Assembly: GCF_036373705.1 (NCBI RefSeq)
Contig: NC_089855.1
Coordinates: forward strand, 18,149,962 to 18,213,961
From: Amia ocellicauda
Lineage: Eukaryota
DNA length: 64,000 nt
Direction of reading: 5' to 3'
Both the position numbers and the translations under genes were made by a program. Of the stretch, positions 1 to 12,029 are shown piece by piece (within the stretch, counting starts at the first letter, position 1; every line of letters starts with the position of its first letter). The notes beneath the pieces were generated by a model. It saw only the letters and a list, made by a program, of their open reading frames with translations. It made no database searches and was not told the DNA's origin.

Positions 1-1045
1 ATAGTGCGTATTAAAATCAAGTCAAGAAGTTGCATTAGAACAAGGCAACTAATATTCATTTGTTGTGCATTGTGTATACAGTGGGATTCTCAATCTTTTA
101 CAAGGTTTCAAAGTTCACCATTGTCACAATAACTGCTCAGTCGATATCACTGACAGTACAGCTACAAGGAGGAAGCATTTATTAAGAAATGACAGAACAT
201 ACAAGATTATTCATCCATGAACACACACAAGATTTACATTAGTGTATTCAAATTAGATTGTGGGTGGTGTCCCAAGCCTTTTAATACTACCATTAAGGCC
301 GTTTAAAGAAATGGATCAAGGGGTGTATTTTGGCTCTCAGACACAGAAGTATGCAGCCAGCAATCAATTAATTAATTGTATTACTCATCTGGCACCATGC
401 AGGATGTCCCTTACAGCATAGGAAACTGCAGGTTTGAATCTGGGCTGGGCACCGGGGGTTTGATGTAATCCATAAATGTTTTTTTCCATTTCAGGGGTAG
501 TACAGAAACCAATTCAATCGGTAACTGTTTCTCCCTTCTTCGTTTCTCCGACACTGTGTATGTTATGTGCACAGTGGCATTTCACTGGTTGTGTTTCTGT
601 TATGTAGGCATGCCTGACTTTCATTCTCTCATTTAAGAATGAATTGATCAGATTAGACACGGGTGAATCTCAGTTACATCTGGAAATACCATGAAATGAA
701 AGGTTTTAATCAAAGGTTCCTACTGCATTCCACTAAAGCCTCTCTGTCATTTACGAATTGGAGACCAATGTCAAGCAAACAGGAGTGATTTGTTTATTTT
801 AAATTGAATGTGGGGCAAATCTGATTTGAACAATACTTGTACATACTTTTTCCAAGTTAAATTATGTATAACAAGTTGCACATTTCTGTTCCATTTCTAT
901 GATTCTATATATGTATGTGTATAATTTACATATGTAATACATTATTAATATTTCTACAGCAATAGAAATACAGAAAGTGACATTAAAACAATCATATTTT
1001 GCGTGCATGTGTGTGTGTATTAACCATTAACAATTGTTGAACAGT

Positions 1046-1046
<1 letters not shown>

Positions 1047-1131
<85 letters not shown>
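1047..1131. repeat. Compound microsatellite (TG)7(TA)~17(CA)~18 abutting the 5' TIR of Tc1 copy 1.
   Basis: Direct reading: gtgtgtgtgtgtgt atatat... acacacac... Confidence 0.95.
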
Positions 1132-1132
<1 letters not shown>

Positions 1133-1847
1133 CCATTCAACAATTTGGGGTCACTTAGAAATGTCCTTGTTTTTAAAAGAAAAGCATTTTTTTTGTACAT
1201 TAAAATAACATCAAATTGTTCAGAAATACAGTGTAGACATTGTTAATGTTGTAAATGACTACTGTAGCTGGAAACGGCTGATTTGTAATGGCAGCTTCAT
1301 TAATAGTACCAGCTAAACACCAGTCTCAACGCCAGCAGTGAAGAGGCGACTCCGGGATGCTGGCCTTCTATGCAGAGTTGCAAAGAAAAAGCCATATCTC
1401 AGACTGGCCAATAAAAAGAAAAGATTAAGATGGGCAAAAGAACACAGACACTGGACAGAGGAAGATTAGTGAAAGGTGTTATGGACAGATGAATCTAAGT
1501 TTGAGGTGTTCGTATCACAAAGAAGAACATTCGTGAGATGCAGACCAAATGAAAAGATGCTGGAGGAGAGCTTGACGCCATCTGTCAAGCATGGTGGAGG
1601 CAATGTGATGGTCTGGGGATGCTTTGGTTGGTGGTAATGTGGGAGATTTGTACAGGGTGAAAAGGATCTTGAAGAAGGAAGGCTATCACTCCATTTTGCA
1701 ACGCCATGCCATACCCTGTGGACAGCACTTGATTGGAGTCAATTTCCTCCTACAACAGGACAATGACCCAAAGTACAGCTCCAAACTATGCATGAACTAT
1801 TTAGGGACGAAGCAGTCAGCTGGTATTCTGTCTATAATGGAGTGGCG

Positions 1848-2704
1848 CTGGTTGCATAAACATACTAATTCTTTGTCTTAGTATAAGTCCTACTAAGGAT
1901 AGACACTCAGTTAAGACTGTTGCATAAAGCAGTCTTTCCTTAGACTGGTCTTCGACTGGTCTTACTTAGTCAATCATGCAACGCATTCTGGGAATTTAAG
2001 ACATTTGAAAAAGAAAAAAACATGGCGGACGCTTCTCTAAAATAGCAATAATCCGTTAACTGAAAATATGTACTAGTTATACTTTTGGCAACATTTTCTG
2101 AAACACACTCAAACACAAGTCTTGGGATAAAATTTTAAAAAGTTAACATTGTCAAGCTGCTGTGTGCGCACTGTGCAGTCTGTAAGAGATGGGAGAAACT
2201 CAAGTAATATGCTAATTTAAGAGGAAACATCTGCGTACTAAACGCAGCGCAATGCTATTATTACTATTATTTATTCCTTGCCAGATGCCCTTATTCAGGG
2301 CGACTTACAAGACACAATAGCAAAACAACAGTGCTAAATACAGCACAAAATTACAAATCGCACATAATACAAACTACAGTTTAAAAATGACAGAAGTGCA
2401 GGGAAACTATACAGTTTTTTATTGAAGTTTGTGGGGAGGAGTCTCGATGTTTATGGGGATTGCCATGTGTGGGACAGCGAGGTGTGTGTGAGCCAGCGGG
2501 AGGCTCCGCCTGTCAGCATCAGTCGGTTGCAACTGAAAGATAAGACTTAAGTTCCGAGTTAGCCTGGGGGTGAGGAGGATAACTTTTCAGGCTAAGTCTT
2601 AGTCCATTTTTATGCAACTGACTAACTTGCATAGACTAGTCTAACTGTCAAATTAAGACCAGTCTAATGGTTTATACTAGTCTAATATAGTTTTATGCAA
2701 CCAG
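1848..2704. mobile_element. Nested non-autonomous TIR element (MITE-like, about 857 bp) inserted into the Tc1 transposase ORF.
   Basis: It has perfect 13-bp terminal inverted repeats: CTGGTTGCATAAA at 1848-1860 and TTTATGCAACCAG at 2692-2704. The subterminal regions share repeated AGACTGGTCTTA / TAGACTAGTCTA motifs. It splits the Tc1 peptide between ...MEW and ...SPDLNP-equivalent codons. Confidence 0.65.
2265..2335 (+). repeat. SINE-like fragment carrying a conserved GCAGATGCCCTTATTCAGGGCGACTTACAA core. A related copy lies at about 22815-22850.
   Basis: The 30-nt core recurs twice in the window with a few substitutions (22815: GCAGATGACTTTATCCAGGCCGACTTACAA). This core resembles the conserved central domain of fish and deuterostome SINE families. 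The family assignment is not verified. Confidence 0.4.
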
Positions 2705-3066
2705 CCCTGGTCTCAACCCTATTGAGCTATTGTGGGAGTAGCTTGACCGTATGGTACGTAAGAAGCCAATCCAAAATATGGGAGGTGCTTCAGGAAGCAT
2801 GGGTTGAAATCTCTTCAAATTACCTCAACAAATCGACAACTAGAATGCCAAAGGTCTGCAAGGCTGTAATTCCTGCAAATGGAAGATTCTTTGACGAAAG
2901 CAAAGTTTGAAGGACACAATTATTTCAATTTAAAAAAACATTATTTCTAACCTTGTAAATGACTATTTCCTATTCATTTTGCTATATTTCCAATTCAAAC
3001 TCATTTCATGTATGTTTTCATGGAAAACAAGGACATTTCTAAGTGACCTCAAACTTTTGAATGGTA

Positions 3067-3078
3067 GTGTGTGTGTAT

Positions 3079-3148
<70 letters not shown>
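3067..3148. repeat. Compound microsatellite (TG)5(TA)~10(CA)~18(TA)~8 filling the junction between the two Tc1 copies.
   Basis: Direct reading. Confidence 0.95.
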
Positions 3149-4403
3149 CAGGTGCCAAATTAAAGGAATAACCTGAATAAATGAGTGGAGGAACATAATG
3201 AATGCAGATGCCTCCAAACAGGTGTACTGCATGATATAATTAAGAATTAACATCCTATCATGCTCTGTGGCATGTATAAAAATGCTGAGCAGGCCCAGTT
3301 GACCTCGATTTTGGATAAAGATTACTTTGAAAGAGGGGTCATTATTGGGGAACAAATGGTAGGAGCTTCAGTCACAAAGACACTCAACTGGTTAGTGTTT
3401 CATTAGGAACAGTGACTAAAGTTATCTGCATTTAGATCTATGGGAAAGACATCAGTCAATAGGGTTTGAAATTGTGGTCGAAAGCACACTTTTGATGACT
3501 GTGATGCTTGTGGGGGGGGGGGTTGGTGTGCCGTGGAGTTTTCTCCCGTGACAGCGGGGGGGGGCTATGGACCGAGGGAGGGGGATTGGGGGGAGTTCCC
3601 ATTTGGGGGCCCCCCTCAGCCCGGGGCCCCAGGCAATTGCCTAGGATGCCTACCCCCTTGCGACACCCCTGCTCCCAGGTAACTGAGAATGTCAATGCAG
3701 GACATGATAAGACTGTCAGCAATAAACCCCTCATTACAAAGACAAAAGCAATCTGAGAGTTCAGTGCTGCAAAAACCATAGGCACTGGTCTACAGAGATG
3801 TGCAAAAAGTGATATGGTCAGATGAGTCATCCTTCACCATATTCTCGACAATTGGGTGAGTGCATGTGTGGTGACACCAAGAGAACGGTACAGGCCTGAC
3901 TGCTTGACCCCTACAGTGAGAGGGTCCGGAGGCTCTATTATGCTGTGGGGGGCATTTTCCTGGCATGGTTTGGGTCCACTTATCCTCATTATCATTACAC
4001 TTATTCTGAGTGATCACCTTTATCCTATGGTGAAACATTTCTGTCCTGATGGGAGTGGTCTCTTCCAGGATGACAATGCCCCCATCCACAGGGCACAAGG
4101 GGGTCACTGAATTGTTTGTTGAGTATGAAAATTATGTGAATCATATGCTATGGCCTTCGCAGTCACCAGATCACAACCCAATTGAACACCTATGGGAGAT
4201 TTTGGACCGACGTGGTAGACAGCGCTCTCCACCACCATCATCAAAACCCCAAATGAGGGAATATCTTTTGGAAGAATGGTGTTCATCCCTCCAGTAGAGT
4301 TCAGAGACTCGTAGAATCTGTGCCAAGGTGCATCAAAGCTGTTCTGGTGCTCCACACCTTATGGAGATGCTTTATGTTGGCTTTTCCTTTAATTTGTCAC
4401 CTG
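3149..4403 (+). mobile_element. Second Tc1-family transposon, a different subfamily, with a frameshifted or degenerate transposase.
   Basis: The TIRs are CAGGTGCCAAATTAAAGGAA at 3149 and its reverse complement CCTTTAATTTGTCACCTG ending at 4403. The N-terminal HTH-like translation at 3290-3490 reads ...FERGVIIGEQMVGASVTKT...TVTKV. The C-terminal DDE region at 3830-4300 reads VWSDESSFTIF...VKHGGGSIMLWGAFSWHGLGPL...FQDDNAPIHRA...[21 protein letters not shown]. Confidence 0.8.
3490..3700. repeat. G-run and C-run low-complexity block inside the second Tc1 copy.
   Basis: It contains many homopolymeric G8-10 and C6-7 tracts (ggggggggggttgg..., cgggggggggct..., gggggcccccct...). It replaces the middle of the transposase ORF. 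Confidence 0.6.
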
Positions 4404-7400
4404 TGTGTGTGTATGTGTATACATTTTTTTTTTTCCCTACACCAACCATTTCTAACTTTTTTTTTTGGGTGAGTCATTGACATACATTGCTGGCTCTGTA
4501 GCACCAAATAAGTGGAAGTCAAATAATCCAATCATGGAGGACTAAGTAAAGCTCTGCTTACTTCTCAATGAACCCGTGCACTGTGGGTCAGTGTAGCAGA
4601 TACAATCCGTTACCTTACACTACTGTCAATCTGGTCACCTGTCAGCATTCAATTCACACGTTGTGCACAAGTCACACTGTCTTCATCATACTCACAGACT
4701 CTGGAATCAAAATGATGCACTATTCATATAGTTAAGGCTCACAACAATGTAATCATGGGCTTTTTTTTCCCCACAAAGTTTTGAGACTTTTGTTATCAGT
4801 ATTATGTGACTATTTACCTTTTTGCAATGCATATGTTTCTATATATCCGACTGTGTATTATCACAAACGGACATGTAATGAACTCTGGCATTAGGATACG
4901 TATACTAAGCAACTCAATAGTAAAAACTTCAAATATACAGGAAAATAATGCCAAAATACTAGCCAGTGTTTTTCAGAAGAGTTGTGTGTTGAATCTCACC
5001 CAGGCCTGGGGGTGCTGCTGCAGAACAGTAGTGTTTCTGTTCAGCTGGTGAGGGCCAGTGCCTCTCGGTTTCTCTGAGTGTGGTACAGACACAGCATCAT
5101 CTTTCTATGGTACACTCTACCTTTAGAAACAAAGAGTCATCTGCTTCATGTTCATAAAGAAATTCAATGCATATCAGAATCACTGGAAATGACTCCAGTT
5201 TGAATGTGGCGTCTTAACAGTACACTGGATTGTGGTAAAGTAATGACCATAAAATTTAAAGCTGATGTCACCACACTACACTTACCCTATTAGTTTTGTC
5301 TCAACCCATTAAAAGCTGCCATTAGGTCAAATTAATACTAACTTTCAAACCTACTGACATTCACTAGGGGAAAGCAGCAGGTTGGATTTATTTAATGTGA
5401 AGAACACTTAGGCAAATACTTAATCTATGGACCAGGAAAAACTGCTACATGGTTCTCTGCACAGAAACCGTGAGAAGCAAGGAAAAGAAAACTACAATAA
5501 GTGACACTTGTGAATTTAGTTGTACGACACACATTTGACATTCTACAGAAGCTATCTTTAGATAATATGATGCATAATTTTTAATATCAAGGTTTAAGCA
5601 AAAACATCTTACTGAACAATATGCAGTTAATAAGCACTACAGTGTTAGCTGATGAGTCAGACATGATTGTGTCAAAAATGAAAGCTAAAATCTTTCAGAA
5701 ATTTGATAGCAAATCATCATAAAGACAATACATTAATTCCGTGAATGAGCTCCTACAAGTACACTAAAGAAACAAACCAAACACTTGGACATGAAATATA
5801 AGTCTCCCACTTATCAAAGATGACATTCTAGCCTCTTAGAATTGAGAAGTCCTCAGAAAATACCACCTCAAAACAAACTGGAGATGCCTTGTGCTTTAAA
5901 GGACATTGTAGTCTACCATGTGATCAGGTCCCCATCATACTGAGTAACGAGACTTGCCTTAGTACCTGCAAGAGAGCACAACTGTGCTTGAAATACATTT
6001 TACAGGATTTTAGGGAAATACATTTTCAGGGTTGAGTGCTTTCAAACATGGACAAATATTTTACTGGAAGATCTCTAATGATAGCTTTGTCTTCAAGAGA
6101 TAAGATAGTGACATTTAAACTGAAAGCAGTACACTAAAAACATGCTAGCTTGAAATTAATCATGTTTACACAACGGAGTGCTTAAAAATAGGAGTCTGAT
6201 TGCAGGAAACCAATTAAGTGTTATGATAACCGAGTGGCTCATGAATATTTATGGAATCTCCTGGTTTCAAAATACAGCGTACTGAAAAACCGTCATGGAA
6301 GCAAAACTTCGAGTCGAGTATTAATGTTATCCTAGGAAACAACATATCAGCACTCGTACGTTCAATATATTACAAGAAAAGGCAGTAATAACACTTTTGA
6401 AAATACCAATTCTAATATATAATAATGGCCACACCCCTGCATGTTATTACTCAAGACAAATTATTAAATATTGTATAGCTTTCTACAGGAAGCCTGACTA
6501 TTACCATCTATTATGGGCTATCTTTAGCAGAATCCATTAAGACATCTTGAAAAAAGGACTGCTTTATCATTTATAAGTCCCTCAGTTTTAATTATTAATA
6601 TTTCAGATTCTGATTAAAACTGGTGAAAGCTGAAGCAGTAGACACTCAAGTCACCTTCTTACAAGCACTGCATTTACCACATACTAAATCAATAATTTCA
6701 CTTTTTATATTTGGTTAGAATCTGCATATTTGAATGAAGACAGAAAATTGCAGGGGGAAAAGCTTCAAGTAAAAAGGATTTGGTTGTACTTCTAGATATA
6801 GATGAAAGATACTAAGTTCCCAGAAATGGGAAAGCATCAAAAACAATGGCTCCCCATGATAAATTTATATTACACAAAATACTTCACAAACATTTCCCAT
6901 ACCCATGCTATGATCTTGTCAGGTTTATAGATGTATCAATGAGAAAATCACCCAGCTTATAGGGAAGTTTTTATATGCCATATTACAATATGTGAAGCTG
7001 AGATTTCACAAACTCTTGTATCTTTTGTACTTGTTTTCAATGTCGAACACAAATTACATTGTACATTGCGTTGTGCTCATTTTGTTTTTTTAAGTCTTGA
7101 ATAAGGCAATGTGAAATCCACAGGGGGATGTGAGTGGCATGGGCTACCAGATCGTCAATGTGAAACCTGATGTTGCCGATGAGCAACTCCACTGAAGAGT
7201 TTCAACAGGATATTCATCAATCAGCCTGCAATAATGCCAATAATGAAATGTCTTCCTAATAATGAGGGATCATCCCTACCTTTTAGAACAAACAGGTTTG
7301 GTTTAAACAGATATTTTAAGACAAAGAAATCCATTAGCAACCACTTTTTAAAAATATATTTGTTTCCATATAACTTCTTTAAATAAGTATTTAATGTAAC

Positions 7401-7989
7401 TATTTCTTTCCACAGCAATTCCAGAAAATAAAGATATGAATTTGATGCATTTCATTGAGCACTGGTAGTGTCTTAAAACATGGCCTATGTAGATAGGGCA
7501 TACAGTCAAGTTGATTTTAATACCTAGCTGTTGCTAATAACAAAATACATATATGGTTTCAATAATTCTCTAAAAATTTTCAAAGCACAGCGAGGGAATC
7601 AATCTCATACAGCCACACATATTTATAAGGGAGATTAACAGACAAATAGCGTGTGTATATATTACGGACGAAACACCGTCTGCACCCCCTCCCCCCAACA
7701 CCGAAGACAACACTCCATCAGCAGTGACACTGCTGACCCCCCCGATTGTCATTGTATATTTCACACTGTCTACATGTATGGCACCCATTCCATTCCATTC
7801 CAGTGTCTGTTGAATTCCAACACAGGCACGCCTCATTCTACTGAATGAGCTACTGATTAGGTGATCACCTGAACCAAATCTTATTTAATGAGGAAAAGTA
7901 TAAAATCCACTGCTGTGGTCATCACTGTCCTCTTGCAACAGGACCAGCTGGTTGGCAAAAACAGTGATAGTAGTACCTCAAAAGTAATT

Positions 7990-8395
7990 GGAATCAAAAA
8001 ATAACTTGACCATGCCAAAAGAGTTGAAAAGTTTTGAGTGAGGAAAATAAGGGTTCAAATCTAGCTTTACTGGCAGAGGGATACAGTGAGCATCGGGTTG
8101 CTTCCATCCTTAAAATTTCAAAGACGGCAGTTCATAAGAATAAGGTCAAGCAGGAGACAATGTGGACAACAAAGCTACAGACCGGCAGAGGGCAAAAACG
8201 ACTCTCCACTGACCGGGATGACCGCCAACTCATTTGAATGTCACTCAACAACCACAGGATGACATCAAGTGACCTACAAAAAGAATAGCAAACAGCAACT
8301 GGGGTGAAGTGCACGGTGAGGACGATTCAAAACAGGCTCCTAGGGGCAGGGCTAAAGTCGTGCAAAGCTAGAAAAAAGCTTTTAAAATATTTTTA
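7990..8395 (+). mobile_element. Tc1/mariner transposase N-terminal (HTH) fragment, a solo remnant.
   Basis: ORF 8034..8237 translates to LAEGYSEHRVASILKISKTAVHKNKVKQETMWTTKLQTGRGQKRLSTDRDDRQLI, followed by ...SSDLQKE..TATGVKCTVRTIQNRLLGAGLKSCKARKK. This is the characteristic paired-like DNA-binding region of Tc1 transposases. Confidence 0.65.
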
Positions 8396-11300
8396 TTTGG
8401 AATTTGGGAGACATGTTGTCAGTACTTTATAGAATTAGAAAACACATACCTATAAATAGTAAAACCAGAGAAACTGGAAATTCTGCAGTGGTCTCTTAAT
8501 TTTTTCCAGAACTGTATATACGTTATCCTAGTCTATGTTTTCTGTACCATCTGCTTCCTGTTGATGAGACCGTTGCATGTCTTTAAAGATTATTATATGC
8601 GGTTCTAATGCATTTAATTTCTACACCTGAATGCATCAATTGTGTTAGTGTCATAACCTTCCTCCTTTACTAGAAGAGAGCTTTAACTTAGTTAGGTACT
8701 GAGGTGATTACAATTTTAGGGAAGTGGGTGGACTTGATAACAGCTTGAGGTAACTAGGACCTGCTGAATAACTTGAAACCTTTCAAAAATACATTTCTTA
8801 AACCAATTCCATGATTTTTCCAAGAACTTTCAGCAGTTTAAGAAAATAAATGTTAAAAGCAAAAAAAAAAAAAAATACACACATGTATAAACAAACACAC
8901 AAGGGGGTAAGGGTAAATAAATTACTACATTGTCTTACCTCTCATCATATCCAAAGCAATTTCACTGAGACTGAAGCAGATAAGGATTTCAAGCAGGAAT
9001 TAAGGATAATCCACTTCCTGGGCTGCTTTCTATTTGCTGCACATTACAGACTGGTTTCATTGCTGGCTGCGTATTCCACAGCAAAGGTGAAAGTCTTGTG
9101 CACTCCTAACAATCAATATCATTACCCTCAGTTCAGACCGCATGTGGTAAATATTTCACTGTACTGCTGTATAAAGAGCCACAGAGAGTCATTCAGAGAA
9201 CATGGTTCAAAGTCAGTTCTACAGATTTCTTACTCCACTACATCTTAGAATTGTATGGCCTCAGACAATGCTGAGACAATGCAGAAAAACTAGACTGCTA
9301 CCAGCCTGATTCACGTAACTCCCAAGAGGTAAGCATGTCAAATTAAATGACTACATTTGTTAAAAACAGTAAACGGAGCATTAGACAGTTTTCCTAAAAT
9401 TCACACCCCCGCTCACACCTTTTATTGACCCAAGAGGATTGTTACTTTATAACCCTCTTGAAGAACAGGAGTACTATACGGAGAACTCCAAGGTGCAGAA
9501 ATTAAACGATTTCCTCAAATCACATTTATAGACTCCCTAGTCTTCATGCTATGATGATTCAGCACATTGAGCACATTACATGCAGGTGAAATCCTAGACA
9601 CCACACCTTGTACTCAGTTTAGTCAGATTATAGAGACTTCTATACAATGTTGGTCCCTTTGTTGTTTGTGCAGAAGTCCAGTCAAAACAATCTGTCTGTA
9701 TAGTTACTGCAGATTAGTAGGGCCCTACATATTGCATGGCAAAGTTTAAAAAGTCATGCCAAATTCAAGGCCCTATGCATTAGTATGAATGTTAATTCTC
9801 AAATTGTACAACATGGGACAGATAAATTGAAAAGCACCAAACACTTCGTTGCAACTCTTTACTTCAATAGAGATTTCCTTGTGCAAATGAAGGCGTTCAT
9901 ATTGTCACTACAAAGCTGATGTCTGACAACACCGATTTTAAATTAAAAATATTTTCATATGTGGTGAAATATACAGTCACTGATCTTTAACCTTTAACAA
10001 GTAGGATGATCTATTTAAAGATCTTGTTATGATGCATTCTTCAGAAACAAGCTATTCTAAAATGGCGGTCTCTCAAATCCTAAAATCTCTGATGAATGTT
10101 TTCCTTTTTTTTTTCTTTTCTTTTTTTAAATACTCAGTTTACTAATGCGTGCTATGTTTAAAGATCACATCACTAAAAGTGAATGAAGGGGATTATAGCA
10201 CACTGCTTTACCATATGTATATGGTGACATTCCAACAAATATGATTTAATAGCGACACATTATAGATCACAGTGCACATTCAAGGGCAACAAGCATCTAT
10301 TTTATTATTCAACAAGAACCCTGTGGGAGTAATATTCCAGTCTTTTCCTTGAGCAGGGTATGAATTGGGTACCAACATGTTTTAGCAGGTGTATGAACAC
10401 AAGATACAACTTTAATCAGGTTAAAATTTAACATACAACTATTTGTTTTTTTAATTGCAAGACAATCATGCCCCTTTGTGTACTTCAGTAAGAACAATTC
10501 ACCCAACTGTATTCCTTCTACAGATGAAAATGAAAAATGTAACATATACAGTACTTCAGAAAATAAAACAAATGCCAAAAACTGGGCTGACAGAAAACCT
10601 AGTCTCATTCGTGGTTAAAAAAAGATAGCAAAGTATTTGAATTCTAACATGTTGATAGTGTAAAGGGACCTGAGAGGTATGCATAAATTAGAAAGAAAGC
10701 AAAATTATAATGTAATTTACTGTAATACCTTAATATTATCTCTTCAAGCAAAATGACATGACGTATTCTGATCACTTTGAAAACCACAATTGTACTGAAT
10801 GTGACAGTATATCAAGTGGTTAAGCAGATTACAATGTAAAGCATAAAGCAGTTACAATGCTGTTACAACAGGTTTCTTGTACATGTTTAAAATAACTCAC
10901 CTGTTTGAATGAAATTCCACAGGAAAAGATGCTTTGCTGGTAGGCATTCTCAAGAAAGATTCCAATGCTCAAATATATAATTGTATTATACCATTTTCTA
11001 TCTGCTTTCTCAAGGTTAATCACCTGGGAACCTCTGTATAAAATGTATTAGGGGAGAGTCCCCCTACTGACACAGTAAAGTTAGATACAGACACTAAAGG
11101 CAAACAAATCCTTGTGAAGAGAACATTCATAGTTTGAAAAGCAAAGCCTTTAAATGTTTCATTAAAATGTATTCTCACAGTGCTCTATTTATAGTCCAAA
11201 TAATTATATATAATTTACTACTCCTGAAGAAGCTTCTATATTCTTGACATGCAAGAGAATTCCAGACAACAAAAGCTTAGGAGTTAGTTATTGCTGAAAT

Positions 11301-12029
11301 TCATACTGCTCTCAAAAAAGGTTTAAACTGCTTTGAGAAATAGACTGAAGTCTTCAGTTAATCAACATCCCAATTTTTCCTTTTAATCAGGAACAATACA
11401 GAAATGATTTTGACCTCTTTGAAAACATACATTACAAAACAGAGTGAAGGGTCTATGTGTAAGCTTCATATCCATGGCCGCCTTAGCACTAAGAACTGGT
11501 CAAAAGAGCCCACCCCACAGACCAAACATGTTACACTTAATTCAATAGTATTAATTGCATCTGATAAGCTCACAGATAGTACTCCTATATACCAGATGTC
11601 ACCCTGAATCCCTTAATCAAGTTGGAGACTTGATTTCTGAGACTCTTAAAAACCACAGATGTATTCTTTCTACTTGGACATGCTCTTCTCCTATAATGTA
11701 AGTTAAAGTCTAGTTCTGACAATGGTTATGTCTGTTCTCAGTTTATCTACAAGAAAGTAATATCAGCTATCTATATAATACAGCAACATTTTCTATGTCA
11801 AGATTGGATGCTCTGTGGGGTATTTTGGAGTTATGAAAACTTAAATCATTTGGTCTTTTTCGAACATTCCTAGGGTGTACATGGAAAATTTAAATGTATG
11901 GCGGAACGGACTGAAATAGGCATCTTGGAAATACTGGTTACATAATGAAAACAAAAACTTGCAGTGTGAGAATTTGTATTGTTTATTTTCTGGAGAAAGT
12001 GGGAAATTGTATGCATCAGAGAACATATA

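Larger units (their letters stand above)
1118..3075 (+). mobile_element. Degraded Tc1-family DNA transposon with both terminal inverted repeats. It carries a pseudogenised transposase (about 1300-1846 and 2705-2910) that is interrupted by a nested element.
   Basis: The 5' TIR is ...cacacaaccattcaacaatttggggtcacttagaaatgtcc. The 3' end is ggacatttctaagtgacctcaaacttttgaatggtagtgtgtg, its reverse complement. The translated fragments give the Tc1 motifs KHGGGNVMVWGCF...QQDNDPK and ...LWEVLQEAWVEISSNYLNK.TTRMPKVCKAVIPANGRFFDESKV. Confidence 0.8.

Noticed and set aside
3456-3830. ORF of 124 aa on the minus strand (and 82 aa on plus, 3508..3756) with Pro/Gly-rich translation.
   Set aside because: It lies entirely within the G/C homopolymer block inside a Tc1 copy. 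The composition is biased and the translation is low-complexity (PPPSVHSPPPLS...). There is no start context or homology. It is an artefact of GC-rich sequence.
7570-7850. Overlapping ORFs of 88 and 65 aa (7570..7836 on minus, 7651..7848 on plus) over an odd C-rich and (cattc)2 segment.
   Set aside because: There is no homology or splice support. It looks like a low-complexity or decayed repeat fragment. It is possibly part of the flanks of the Tc1 fragment at 7990-8395, but that is not demonstrable.
8850-9248. ORF of 132 aa on the plus strand (MLKAKKKKNTHMYKQTHKG...).
   Set aside because: It begins in a poly-A run and has no recognisable domain. It is rich in rare or odd residues (C/H/Y). 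It has no splice-site support and is isolated in AT-rich intergenic DNA.
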